A stretch of DNA of 64,000 nt from an uncultured Verrucomicrobiota bacterium (lineage in GTDB: Bacteria > Verrucomicrobiota > Kiritimatiellia > JAAZAB01): positions 11,011-75,010 of the forward strand of contig CAZTWL010000009.1 of NCBI GenBank assembly GCA_964617825.1, written 5' to 3'. Below, piece after piece: positions 1 through 9,716 of the stretch (positions are counted from its first letter, which is position 1; each line of letters starts with the position of its first letter). The position numbers were made by a program, and so were the translations under genes. Under the pieces are notes generated by a model. It was not told the DNA's origin and ran no database searches. It saw nothing but the letters and a program-made list of their open reading frames with translations.

Positions 1-273
1 CAGGCGCTGGTCGAGAAATATCCCCAACATCTTGCCGAAGTACGCGGGCTTGGCCTGATGATCGGGCTCGTGCTGACGGCGCCCGCCAAGCCAATGGAAG
101 ACAAGTTATTGGAAATGGGGCTGATCGCGCTCGCCACGGGCAAACAGATAATCCGTTTTCTTCCGCCGTTGACCGTCAAACCGGCCGAGGTGGATGAAGC
201 CCTGGATATGATTGCCGATACCTGCGAGGAAATGTTCGGCGCCCCCGCAGTCGAAGAAGCCAAGGCGGAATAA
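1..273 (+). CDS. class III aminotransferase (acetylornithine / succinyl-diaminopimelate type), C-terminal fragment; 5' end lies outside the window
   Basis: The frame is open from nt 1. The C-terminal sequence ...LGLMIGLVL...FLPPLTV... is typical of ArgD/DapC-like PLP aminotransferases. It sits immediately upstream of lysA. Confidence 0.6.
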   Translation, partial: QALVEKYPQHLAEVRGLGLMIGLVLTAPAKPMEDKLLEMGLIALATGKQIIRFLPPLTVKPAEVDEALDMIADTCEEMFGAPAVEEAKAE

Positions 274-384
274 CATAATTTCGGGTCGGCAATTTTCAAT
301 TGCCGTTTTTCCCGGTTCAATCCGGGACCAAAGCCACGGCCCGTTGCTTAAACGCCAAACGAAAATTTAAATCGCAAACCGAGT

Positions 385-1641
385 ATGTCCGCCAGGATCA
401 ATCCCAACGTCGTTTATCTCCCGACGCGCGCGATTCAGCGTGCGGCGCACAGCTTTCCCACGCCCTTTTTCATTTACGAGGAAAGCCGCATCCGCGCCAA
501 CTGCCGGGAATTCAGGGACACATTCCGGCGCTACTTCCCCGATTTTGCGCCGCTCAATGCCGTCAAGGCCAATACCAATCCGGAAGTTCTGCGCATCATT
601 TTTTCGGAAGGCTTCGGCGCGGACGCTTCCAGCGAGGCGGAAGCCTGGATTACGCGACGGCTGGGCGGCACGGGCATGTACACCGGCAACTACACCACGG
701 AGGAAGAATTCCGTTTTGTGCTGCGCCAGGGAGTCTTTAAACTCAACCTGGACGACATCAGCATGTTACCGACGCTGCGCAAAATCGGCGTGCCGGAGTT
801 CCTTTCCTTTCGCATCAATCCCGGCATCAGCCAGGGCGGAATGAAAAGCCTTTATTTCGCCGGGCCGGACGCCAAGTATGGCGTCCACCTGCGCGACGTC
901 GTATCGGCCTACAGCCAGGCCAAGGCGATGGGCGTGCGGCGCTTCGGCATGCACGTTATGACTGGCAGCAACGTGCTTAACGAACGCTATTTCGAGGAGG
1001 TCGCCGCCAAGCTGCTTGAAATCGCCGGCACGGTGAAAGCCGCTGTCGGCATTGACTTCGAATGCATCAACGTCGGCGGCGGCTTCGGTGTGCCCTATCG
1101 GCCGGAGGTGAAGCGGCTCGATCTCGACAAGGTGGCGCGCGGCATCCGGCGCGCCTTCGACCGTCAATGCCGGCGCTACAACCTGCGCGAGCCGGTTTTA
1201 ATGGCCGAACCCGGGCGCTGGATCATGGCCGATGCCGGCTGGCTGATCGGGCGCGTCCATGTCATCAAGCACAGCTATAAAACATTTGTCGGCATCGATG
1301 CCGGCATGAACGACCTGCCTCGTCCGGCAATCTACGACGCCTACCATCATGCCACCGTCGTCGGCAAGTCGCTGCACGGGCGGAAGGAAAAGGTCAACGT
1401 GGTTGGGCGTCTCTGCGAGAACAACGACCAGTTTGCCAAGGACCGCAGCCTGCCGGTCATCGCTGTCGGGGATCTGATTGCCATCCACAACGCCGGCGCG
1501 CATGCCTACGCCATGGGACACAATTACAACAACCGCCTGCGCAGCGCGGAGATCCTGATCGCACCCTCAGGCGCGCTGAAAAAAATACGCCGCGCAGAAA
1601 CCATTCGCGATCTGTTCCGGACAACGGACCTCAAACCGTAG
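385..1641 (+). CDS. lysA: PLP-dependent Orn/DAP/Arg decarboxylase (fold III), most likely diaminopimelate decarboxylase
   Basis: 418 aa. It has an AVKAN PLP-lysine motif and a GGGFGVPY glycine-rich motif. The usual CESGD motif is replaced by CENND. The length is typical of LysA. Confidence 0.75.
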   Translation: MSARINPNVVYLPTRAIQRAAHSFPTPFFIYEESRIRANCREFRDTFRRYFPDFAPLNAVKANTNPEVLRIIFSEGFGADASSEAEAWITRRLGGTGMYTGNYTTEEEFRFVLRQGVFKLNLDDISMLPTLRKIGVPEFLSFRINPGISQGGMKSLYFAGPDAKYGVHLRDVVSAYSQAKAMGVRRFGMHVMTGSNVLNERYFEEVAAKLLEIAGTVKAAVGIDFECINVGGGFGVPYRPEVKRLDLDKVARGIRRAFDRQCRRYNLREPVLMAEPGRWIMADAGWLIGRVHVIKHSYKTFVGIDAGMNDLPRPAIYDAYHHATVVGKSLHGRKEKVNVVGRLCENNDQFAKDRSLPVIAVGDLIAIHNAGAHAYAMGHNYNNRLRSAEILIAPSGALKKIRRAETIRDLFRTTDLKP

Positions 1642-1735
1642 GTCACAAGTCAAGTGTTCGGTGTTCAGGGTTTAGGAATTGGCCAAACAGGTTCTTCGCC
1701 AAAAGCCCGCAGTAATATCCGTCACACCGCATGCT

Positions 1736-2428
1736 TCACGCTTTCAAGACCCCGGCCAAACGGAAGAAATTGAGCAGGATCGTCCGGCCGGCCATATAGG
1801 GCTTTGCCCAGCATTCGGCGTGGAATTGCATGCCATACAGCGGCTGCTCCCCATGCCGGATCATTTCATAGGCGCATTCGGAGCTCGTTGCCAGGTGGCT
1901 GAATCCGCGCGGCAGTTTTTTGATCTCGCAGCGGTGGTTTTCGCGAACGCGGATATGGCGGGTCAACCCCGCAAAAATCGGATCCGCGCGCAGAATTTTC
2001 ACTTCCGCAAAGGCATTCGCATAATAATAGCCCGGATGGCCCGCAAGGGCGCCCGTATCCGGCTCGCCGGGGCGGCATTTGCGCATCGGCTCATCCGGCA
2101 ACCGGCGGATCTTGCGCAAATCCCGGTTAAAGCAATGACCGATCAGCTGGTGCCCCTGGCAGATGCCCAGAATCGGTATTTCCGCCGTGTGCAGCAGGTC
2201 GTTAAGACCGTACAAATCCGATAACCGCACCGTTGGCCAGGGATCGGGGGAACCGGTGATAACAACGGCCTGGGGCTTGACGGCCCGCACCGTGGCCGGA
2301 CCGACTTCGGCATAGTGCATGATCAGCGCCGGCTGGCCGGACAGCTGCTCCACCCGGCATTTAATTCCGTGACCTCCGTCCTGCTGTTCATAAAGTTTCC
2401 TGTTCCGCATATTGACCACGAGAATCAT
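1736..2428 (-). CDS. class I glutamine amidotransferase-like hydrolase (GATase1, gamma-glutamyl hydrolase / PuuD-like)
   Basis: It carries an ILGICQGHQL nucleophile-elbow motif and a downstream His (FHAE). The start was chosen at ATG 2428, which has a GGAGGA Shine-Dalgarno 6 nt upstream. Confidence 0.6.
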   Translation of the reverse strand: MILVVNMRNRKLYEQQDGGHGIKCRVEQLSGQPALIMHYAEVGPATVRAVKPQAVVITGSPDPWPTVRLSDLYGLNDLLHTAEIPILGICQGHQLIGHCFNRDLRKIRRLPDEPMRKCRPGEPDTGALAGHPGYYYANAFAEVKILRADPIFAGLTRHIRVRENHRCEIKKLPRGFSHLATSSECAYEMIRHGEQPLYGMQFHAECWAKPYMAGRTILLNFFRLAGVLKA

Positions 2429-2542
2429 TCGCATTCCTCCATAATACATTGGCCTTGTGGACGGCAATTTGTTACACATGCGATGTCGCCTGTAAAGCAT
2501 TCTTATCGCCTTCGTTTGCTTGTTCGAAAGGAGACCCGCGGC

Positions 2543-5365
2543 ATGCCGACACTGATATTCACAAATAATACGCTTAAACTCGGGATCGGCGAGGACGCGA
2601 CCTTGCAGCTTTTTGCCGATTGCCGGAATAATCGGAATTATGCCGCGACCTCGCCACGCGCCGCATTTGCCGCCATCCGACAGGGTGACCGAACCATTCC
2701 GGCCAGCTCGGCCCGCCTGACAGACGAAGGATTGGCGTTGGCTTTCGCGCCCGCCGCAGCGCAGGTTGTGCTCCGTGTGCGCAGCGCGGGCCTCTATTTC
2801 GTGATCGAGGTGGCCGAGGTCCGGGGCGACGCGGTCGAAGAACTGGTTTTTATGGAGGCACCCCTGACGTTAAAGGGATCATTGGACGAACCTTTCGCCG
2901 CCTGCGCACTGGCCCTGAACCTGGCAACCAATGTGCCCGGGCTGCCCGGCCTGAGCCACGCATTGCATGCAACCTGCAGCCGGCGATTCGGGCTTGTCGG
3001 GGCCAGGGTTGCCCTGATCGGCTGTGCAACCCCGGAGCTGCGCGCCGTCATCCAGGCGGTGATGCGCGCGGAAAAAGACCTGCCGAAGTCCATGCTGGGC
3101 GGACCATGGGCCGAGGACGCTCCCATCAACCGGGGATCGTACCTCTTCAATTTCGGCGGAGTAACCGAAGCGACCGTGGGCGATTGGATCGGCCTGATGC
3201 GCACCCTGGGCTTCACCCAGCTCGATTTCCACGGCGGAAAATCCTTCCATTTTGGCGACTTGGAACCGGACCCGGAAATGTACCCGCGCGGCCTGGATAG
3301 TCTCAAGGCGGTCAATGACCGCCTGCACGAAGCCGGCATGATCTCCGGACTGCACACGTATGCATTTTTCATGGACAAACGCAGCAAATGGGTCACGCCC
3401 AAGCCGCACCCCGAATTGGGTAAAGACGCGACCTTCACGCTGGCCGCGCCGCTGACGGCGGATGCCGCCGCCGTGCCGGTGCTGGAATCGACCGCGGCGA
3501 TGTCCACCGTAACCGGTTTCGGCACGCGCAACAGTGTTACCCTCCAGATCGACGACGAATTGATAACCTATGCCGCCATCAAGAAGGACCCGCCCTGGGC
3601 CTTCACCCAGTGCACGCGCGGCGCGTGCGGGACGCAGGCAAGGCCACACGCCGCCGGAACCAAGGCGCATCACATCAAGGAATGCTTCGGCCTGTTCACT
3701 CCCGAGGGCGACTCGGCGCTGCTGACCGAAGTCGCGGCGCGCACGGCGGAAGTGTTCAACTACTGCGGCTTCGACATGATCTATCTCGACGCTCTGGATG
3801 GCGAAGACATCCTGGGAGGCGCCAAACTGGGCTGGCATTACGGCTCAAAATTCGTGTTCGAACTCAACAAGCGCCTGCGTAAGCCCGCCTTGATGGAGAT
3901 GAGCACTTTTCATCATCACCTTTGGTACGTTCGCTCGCGCATGGGCGCATGGGACCATCCTACGCGCGCGCACAAGCAATTCATCGACAACCACGTCGCA
4001 GCCAACCGGGATAACCAACGCATCTTTCTGCCCAGCGTGCTGGGCTGGTGGGCCCTGCTCTTCTGGTCGGGACCGAACACGGAACCCACCTACGCGGACG
4101 ACATCGAATACCTGTGCGCCAAGTCGCTCGCCACGGACAGCACCCTGGCCTTGATGGGGGTCGACCCCGACAGCTATGCGCACAAACCCGGCGCAAAACG
4201 CCTGGGGGATATCTTCAAGCGCTACGAACGGTTGCGGCACTCTCATGCGGTGCCCGAGACGATCAAGACCAGGTTGCGCGAACCGGGTTGCGACTTCACG
4301 CTGGTCGAATCCGGCGATGGTCATTGGGCGTTCCGCCCGGTCAACTATGCCAAGCACAAGATCGCGGACCTTGATGGCGGCGACCGGCGCTGGACGGTCG
4401 TCAACCAGTATGTTTCGCAGCCGCTGCGCTTGCGCATCGAGGCTTTATTGTCGGCGCAACCGTACGACAGCATCAACTCCGTCCTGACCGGATTCGATAC
4501 CAGGGAAATCCGCAGCGCACGGGGCGTCACCGCGCAATGCGCACATCCATCCGACAAACCGGCCCTGCTTTCGTTCCGCGCCCGCAACGAGAGCGCGGCC
4601 GTGGAAAAGGCCTGGTGCTGTCTGCGCCGGCTATTCGATCCGCCGCTTAACATGCTGGAGGAAAGCGCACGCGTCGCGGTGCAGGGCCAGGCGCAATTGG
4701 AGGGCATGCGCCAGACAGTTGGCATGGGACTGTGGGTGTCGGGCGACGGCAATGGCCAGACCATAAATATCCGGCTGCGCAGCCCAAAGTCCGTATCGAA
4801 CGCCATCGCCGACCATTACGTAACCGTGGACTTCAAAGGCTGGCGCTACTTCGAGTTGATCGAGCCCGAAGCGGAACGAGTCCGCAACTACTTCTGGCCG
4901 AAAGAGTCCGAAGATCCAGCCTGGGTCGTTAGCGATGAAGAGTTTGCGTTTCGAGGCGGCTATGGATACCCGGTCTACCGGGAGTCGGCGGATTTTTCGC
5001 GGATCGCGTCCGTCCGTCTCTGGTATCATCATCTTCCCGCCGGCCGGGAAGTCAACTGCCTGTTCAAGCCGGTCAAGATACTGCCGCTGGTCAGCATCGC
5101 ATTGCGCCACCCGACGGTGCGCATCGGCAACGACGAGATCGTTTTCCCAGTGGAACTCGAAAGCGGACAATACCTGGAATTCGACGGGAGCGCCCCAGCC
5201 ATCGTCTACGGACGGGACGGCGCCCCCCTCGCCCGGGTGGCGCCGCAAGGCACGGTTCCCACGCTTCGGGCAGGACAAAACGTCATTGGCTTCGCATGCC
5301 AACCATCGCTACCGGTAACGCCGCGCGCCAGGGTAACCGTCATCAGCATGGGCGCCAATTTATAG
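2543..5365 (+). CDS. large (940 aa) uncharacterised protein, putative glycoside-hydrolase-like; paralog of the gene at 58811..60994
   Basis: Start ATG 2543 is preceded by AAAGGAGA. Several conserved blocks (VTPKPHPELGKD..FTLAAPL, FNYCGFDMIYLDALDGE) are shared with the protein at 58811..60994. Confidence 0.6.
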   Translation: MPTLIFTNNTLKLGIGEDATLQLFADCRNNRNYAATSPRAAFAAIRQGDRTIPASSARLTDEGLALAFAPAAAQVVLRVRSAGLYFVIEVAEVRGDAVEELVFMEAPLTLKGSLDEPFAACALALNLATNVPGLPGLSHALHATCSRRFGLVGARVALIGCATPELRAVIQAVMRAEKDLPKSMLGGPWAEDAPINRGSYLFNFGGVTEATVGDWIGLMRTLGFTQLDFHGGKSFHFGDLEPDPEMYPRGLDSLKAVNDRLHEAGMISGLHTYAFFMDKRSKWVTPKPHPELGKDATFTLAAPLTADAAAVPVLESTAAMSTVTGFGTRNSVTLQIDDELITYAAIKKDPPWAFTQCTRGACGTQARPHAAGTKAHHIKECFGLFTPEGDSALLTEVAARTAEVFNYCGFDMIYLDALDGEDILGGAKLGWHYGSKFVFELNKRLRKPALMEMSTFHHHLWYVRSRMGAWDHPTRAHKQFIDNHVAANRDNQRIFLPSVLGWWALLFWSGPNTEPTYADDIEYLCAKSLATDSTLALMGVDPDSYAHKPGAKRLGDIFKRYERLRHSHAVPETIKTRLREPGCDFTLVESGDGHWAFRPVNYAKHKIADLDGGDRRWTVVNQYVSQPLRLRIEALLSAQPYDSINSVLTGFDTREIRSARGVTAQCAHPSDKPALLSFRARNESAAVEKAWCCLRRLFDPPLNMLEESARVAVQGQAQLEGMRQTVGMGLWVSGDGNGQTINIRLRSPKSVSNAIADHYVTVDFKGWRYFELIEPEAERVRNYFWPKESEDPAWVVSDEEFAFRGGYGYPVYRESADFSRIASVRLWYHHLPAGREVNCLFKPVKILPLVSIALRHPTVRIGNDEIVFPVELESGQYLEFDGSAPAIVYGRDGAPLARVAPQGTVPTLRAGQNVIGFACQPSLPVTPRARVTVISMGANL

Positions 5366-5448
5366 GAAACATCTCAGCCCATAAGCCGGGCAACAGGCAG
5401 GAGGGGAGTTTGCGAATACATTGCCCCGGCTTTAAGGACAAACTCATT

Positions 5449-5931
5449 ATGAAATACCGCAACGTTTCGTGGCCTGAAATCGACAAGTGCGTGAAAACCG
5501 TAGGCCAAGCAATTCGCGCCGCGCGGTTTCAACCGGACTGCATTGTCGCCATTCTCAAGGGCGGCATGGTCCCCGCGCGCCTGTTTTCCGACTTCTTCGG
5601 CTCCATTGAAATCTATCCTATTCGCGCCAGGGCCTATGCGGGCACCCGCAAGCTGAACCGCATCCGGATCGAATCCTTCCGCTATCCCATTGGCCGCAAG
5701 CAGGTTCTCCTGGTGGACGACATCCACGATTCGGGCCAGACGCTCCAAAAAGTAGCCCTCCACCTTCAACGCCGCCATCCGCAGACACTGCGCACCGCCA
5801 CCCTGTTTTACAAGCAAAAGGCAATGCACGCGCCCGACTTTCATGCCCATACGGTCGCACCCGACGTGTGGGTTGTCTTCCCCTGGGAAAAAAACGAAAT
5901 GCGGCGCGCCCCTTGTCCGGCAGTCAACTAG
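5449..5931 (+). CDS. type I purine phosphoribosyltransferase (xanthine-guanine / hypoxanthine PRTase-like)
   Basis: PRPP-binding motif VLLVDDIHDSGQTL. About 160 aa. ATG 5449 is preceded by AAGGA. Confidence 0.7.
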   Translation: MKYRNVSWPEIDKCVKTVGQAIRAARFQPDCIVAILKGGMVPARLFSDFFGSIEIYPIRARAYAGTRKLNRIRIESFRYPIGRKQVLLVDDIHDSGQTLQKVALHLQRRHPQTLRTATLFYKQKAMHAPDFHAHTVAPDVWVVFPWEKNEMRRAPCPAVN

Positions 5932-6048
5932 CATCTTGATGCCGGCAAAGGCACGCCCACTGGTTCAGCCGACCTTTCCCGGCACCGGCGGCCACAAGAT
6001 TTTCGGAAATCTGACGTGCGAACGCCTCTTGTCGGTTTTCAAGGCTGA

Positions 6049-8073
6049 CTATTTTTTTCGGGCCTTATGTTGAGTGCGCTTGCCCGACGCGCGGCCAGCC
6101 CCGGGTTTCAGCGCGTTTTTTAGCTCAAATAGCTGGTCGCGCAATATGGCCGCGCGCTCGAATTCCAAAGCTTCGGCGGCTTCCAGCATTTCTTTCTCAA
6201 TATCCTGGATGGCCTCGTGCAGATCGAATTCCTCGTCCGCTGCCTGCACAACCCGACGCTCGATGGCTTCGCCTTCCTTGCGGAACACCAGGCCGCTCTG
6301 AATTCCTTTTTCGATGCCTCGCGGCGTGATCTGGTGCTCTTGATTGTAGGCCGCCTGCAAACGGCGGCGATCCTCCATTACCGCCAGGGCGCCGCGCATT
6401 GAATCGGTCACCTGATCCGCATACATGATCACGCAACCGTCCACATGACGCGCCGCGCGGCCGGCCGTTTGAATCAGCGCCGTTTCCGAACGCAAGAAGC
6501 CTTCCTTATCCGCATCCAGGATGGCCACCAGCGATACTTCCGGCAAGTCCAGTCCTTCGCGCAACAGATTAATGCCCACCAGGCAGTCCACCTCGCCCTG
6601 GCGCAGGCCGCGGAGCACCTCCACCCGTTCGATGGCGTCGATATCCGAATGCAGATAGGTTACCCGCAGACCGGCCTCGGTCAGATAATCGCTCAAGTCC
6701 TCGGCCGTTTTCTTGGTCAGGGTTGTCACCAGCACCCGCTCATGGCGTTCGGCCCGCTTACGCACTTCCTCGATCAAGTCGTCAATCTGGCCCTGCAAAG
6801 GGCGCACGCTGACAACCGGGTCCAAGAGCCCCGTGGGCCGGATAATTTGCGGCACCGGCGCAGGCGACACCTCGCGCTCATAAGGGCCGGGCGTGGCCGA
6901 CATGCAAATGATTTGGCCGGTTCGGGCAAGAAACTCGTCGAACGCCAGCGGCCGGTTATCGCGCGCCGAAGGCAGGCGGAATCCATGCTCGATGAGCACG
7001 TTCTTGCGCGCCTGGTCGCCGTTATACATCCCGCGCAGTTGCGGCAGGGTGACGTGGGACTCATCCAGGATGGTGAGAAACTCGCCGGTAAAATAATCGA
7101 GCAGCGTAGCCGGCGGCTCGCCGGCTTTCCGGCCGCTCAAGTGCCGGGAATAGTTTTCGATTCCCGAGCAGTAGCCCATTTCGCGCAGCATTTCCAGGTC
7201 ATACATCGTGCGCTGTTGCAGGCGCTGGGCCTCCAGCAGCTTCTGGTTGGCTTCGAACCAGGCCACGCGCTCCTCCACTTCCGCGCGAATGCGCGGCAGG
7301 GCGGCTTCGATGCGGCTGGCCGCCATCACGAAATGCTTGGCCGGCGAAATCGTCAGGGCTGGCATGCCCCCCTGCACGGCGCCGGTCAGCGAATCGATGC
7401 GTTCCAGATTTTCCACCTCGTCCCCGAAGAACTGCACGCGCACGCCGGCGGTGGAATAGGACGGGAACACGTCCAGCGTGTCGCCGCGCACGCGGAAAGT
7501 ACCGGGCTGCGGCTCGTAGTCGTTGCGGGTGTACTGGATATCCACAAGCTGGCGCATGAGGGCGTCACGGTCCAGGCGTTCGCCGCGCTTGACGGTTATC
7601 AGCATTTCCCGGTAATCCTCGGGCGAACCCAGGCCGTAAATGCACGAGACGGAAGCCACGATGATCACATCGCTCCGGTTCATCAGCGAATTGGTGGCCG
7701 AGAGCCGCATGCGCTCGATATCCTCATTGATGGCCGAATCCTTCTCGATATAGGTGTCGGTCTGCGGGATGTAGGCCTCCGGCTGGTAGTAATCGTAATA
7801 ACTGACGAAATACTCCACGGCGTTTTCAGGAAAATAAGTCTTCAGTTCCTGAAAGAGCTGGGCCGCCAGAGTCTTGTTATGCGAAACGATCAGAGCCGGC
7901 TTGCCCCAGCGGGCAATCACGTTGGCAATCGTAAATGTCTTGCCCGAACCCGTCACCCCTTCCAGGGTCTGAAAACGCTGGCCGGCTTCCAGGCCGCGCA
8001 CCAGGGCATCGAGAGCCTGCGGCTGATCGCCCGTCGGCGCATACGGCGCCTTTATGGAGAAGATCGAGGACAT
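6049..8073 (-). CDS. uvrB: excinuclease ABC subunit B
   Basis: 674 aa. Walker A motif [10 protein letters not shown]. The UvrB beta-hairpin region [10 protein letters not shown] is present. Two helicase domains and a C-terminal UvrC-interaction coiled coil are present. Confidence 0.95.
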   Translation of the reverse strand: MSSIFSIKAPYAPTGDQPQALDALVRGLEAGQRFQTLEGVTGSGKTFTIANVIARWGKPALIVSHNKTLAAQLFQELKTYFPENAVEYFVSYYDYYQPEAYIPQTDTYIEKDSAINEDIERMRLSATNSLMNRSDVIIVASVSCIYGLGSPEDYREMLITVKRGERLDRDALMRQLVDIQYTRNDYEPQPGTFRVRGDTLDVFPSYSTAGVRVQFFGDEVENLERIDSLTGAVQGGMPALTISPAKHFVMAASRIEAALPRIRAEVEERVAWFEANQKLLEAQRLQQRTMYDLEMLREMGYCSGIENYSRHLSGRKAGEPPATLLDYFTGEFLTILDESHVTLPQLRGMYNGDQARKNVLIEHGFRLPSARDNRPLAFDEFLARTGQIICMSATPGPYEREVSPAPVPQIIRPTGLLDPVVSVRPLQGQIDDLIEEVRKRAERHERVLVTTLTKKTAEDLSDYLTEAGLRVTYLHSDIDAIERVEVLRGLRQGEVDCLVGINLLREGLDLPEVSLVAILDADKEGFLRSETALIQTAGRAARHVDGCVIMYADQVTDSMRGALAVMEDRRRLQAAYNQEHQITPRGIEKGIQSGLVFRKEGEAIERRVVQAADEEFDLHEAIQDIEKEMLEAAEALEFERAAILRDQLFELKNALKPGAGRASGKRTQHKARKK

Positions 8074-8078
8074 ATCGT

Positions 8079-8279
8079 TCAGCTTGATCGCAACTGGGTT
8101 GGATTTTTACCAGTATTCTGCCGGACAAATTTTGCCATGTAATTGGCCGTGTCGAATCCGCATTGAGCCGCGATATCCGCCGCGCCCCATGCCATTTTCT
8201 TTGATGACACGGAAAACATCATTGGTCGCAATATAATCATGGGCAGAAGATTACACAATGAAGAAAAATGCAGCGGCAA
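8079..8279 (-). pseudogene. remnant of an AraC/XylS-family HTH domain (only the second helix-turn-helix retained)
   Basis: The translation ...IAAQCGFDTANYMAKFVRQNTGKNPTQLR matches the AraC signature (GF.s.sYf.r.Fk..tG.tP..yR). There is no sensor domain and no ATG start. Confidence 0.3.
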
Positions 8280-8357
8280 CGGGGCAAAGGGATATGCTTA
8301 TAAGCGGCCGAACATACGGATGTCATCGTATCCATTTCACCAAAACAGGGCGTATGA

Positions 8358-8618
8358 CTTCAAAATGGCTTTCGACCCTCCAAGGAGTTCCACGTCTGGG
8401 CGTTGGAACGGCAAGAGGGCCAATTGGACTGGTACTTAGGCGGACAGAAGCTCCACACCTACATCGGCGAGACACCGCAGGAAAAGATATTTGTTCTGCT
8501 CGGCCTTTATCAAAGCGCATTGCCCGAATGGATCGGACCGACCGATCCCGACCTGCCCTATCCGCGCGATTTCGAGATCGACGATATTCGCGTGTACGAG
8601 CTTCAGCCTCCGGCATAA
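8358..8618 (+). pseudogene. C-terminal remnant of a GH16-type beta-glucanase (laminarinase-like)
   Basis: The frame is open only from 8358. The translation ...SKEFHVWALERQEGQLDWYLGGQKLHTY...FEIDDIRVYE resembles the GH16 C-terminal strands (DDFHTY..EWTPD.I.WYVDG ... VDYVRVYQ). The catalytic N-terminal part is absent. Confidence 0.4.
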
Positions 8619-8654
8619 ACGCGATATCCGCAGCAAACCAGTTAATGGTTGCGC

Positions 8655-9701
8655 TCATTTTATTTCCAGCATCCTGGCCAGGGCCTTGCGAGCGTTCGCA
8701 CGCAGGGCTCCCGGCACGCGCACGATCTGATCCTGCGGCCACTGTTCCAAGAGCGCCAGAAGCTTGGCTTCGGTCGTCAGAATCATATTCCGGCAAACCG
8801 ATTGGCGAAGCGGCACGACCGTCAGGCGTCCTTGATACTGGCGCGCCAGGCGGTCCACCAGGTGAAACTCCGTGCCAATGACCACGGTCGAACCCGCCGG
8901 CGCCTCCGCGACATACTTGATGATCTGGGCCGTGGAACCATGCGCATCCGCCAGGCGGGTGGCGGCCGCAGGCGTTTCCGGATGCACGATGATTTTTGCG
9001 CCTGGATATTTTTGGCGGGACGCCGTGATATCGTCCGCCGTAAAGGTATGCACGTGGCAATAGCCCTTCCAGACCAGAACCCGCGCGCGGGCAATGCGAT
9101 CCGCACCCAACCCGCCCAATTCTTTGCCGGGATCATAAACCGCAACGGCCTCGTCCGGCAGGCCCAGGTCGTGCGCCGTGTTCGTCCCAAGATGTTCATC
9201 GGGAATGAAGAGAATGCGCTTGCCCTGGCCCAGCGCCCACTTAAACACCTTGACCGCATTGCTCGAAGTGCAGGTGCTGCCGCCATGTTCGCCGCAAAAA
9301 GCCTTGATAGCGGCAGAACTGTTGACATAGACAATCGGGACCCATCCGGCCGACGCGGAATTTCCCGGTTCGACTGCCAGAGCATTAATCTCCGACCAGG
9401 CCCTCAGCAACTCGCGCAGAGGCGCCATTGCGGCCATCGGGCAGCCGGCATGAATATCGGGCATATAAACCGTCTGGTTCGGGCCACTCAGGATATCCGC
9501 CGATTCCGCCATGAAATGCACGCCGCAGAAAACTATACGCTCAGCGTCCTTTTCGGCAGCCGCGCGCCGCGCCAATTCCAGCGAATCGCCGGTAACATCA
9601 ACGTGCCGGAGGACTTCATCCTGCTGGTAATAGTGCCCCAAGATGAAGAGTTTTTTACCCCACTGCGTTCGAAATACTTCTATGGATTCGCTTATGGTCA
9701 T
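8655..9701 (-). CDS. nadA: quinolinate synthase A
   Basis: 348 aa. It has the typical NadA triplicated-domain layout, conserved cysteines for the 4Fe-4S cluster and an HYYQ motif. Confidence 0.9.
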   Translation of the reverse strand: MTISESIEVFRTQWGKKLFILGHYYQQDEVLRHVDVTGDSLELARRAAAEKDAERIVFCGVHFMAESADILSGPNQTVYMPDIHAGCPMAAMAPLRELLRAWSEINALAVEPGNSASAGWVPIVYVNSSAAIKAFCGEHGGSTCTSSNAVKVFKWALGQGKRILFIPDEHLGTNTAHDLGLPDEAVAVYDPGKELGGLGADRIARARVLVWKGYCHVHTFTADDITASRQKYPGAKIIVHPETPAAATRLADAHGSTAQIIKYVAEAPAGSTVVIGTEFHLVDRLARQYQGRLTVVPLRQSVCRNMILTTEAKLLALLEQWPQDQIVRVPGALRANARKALARMLEIK

Positions 9702-9716
9702 GCTTGTCGTTCCTTG

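Noticed and set aside
274-384. Possible lysine riboswitch upstream of lysA
   Set aside because: The intergenic region is only ~110 nt and lacks the conserved LYS-box helices. It is too short for the ~180-nt aptamer.
6445-8142. 565-aa ORF on the + strand, antisense to uvrB
   Set aside because: It is fully embedded in a gene with unmistakable UvrB homology. Long antisense ORFs are expected in ~65% GC DNA, and it has no recognisable motifs.
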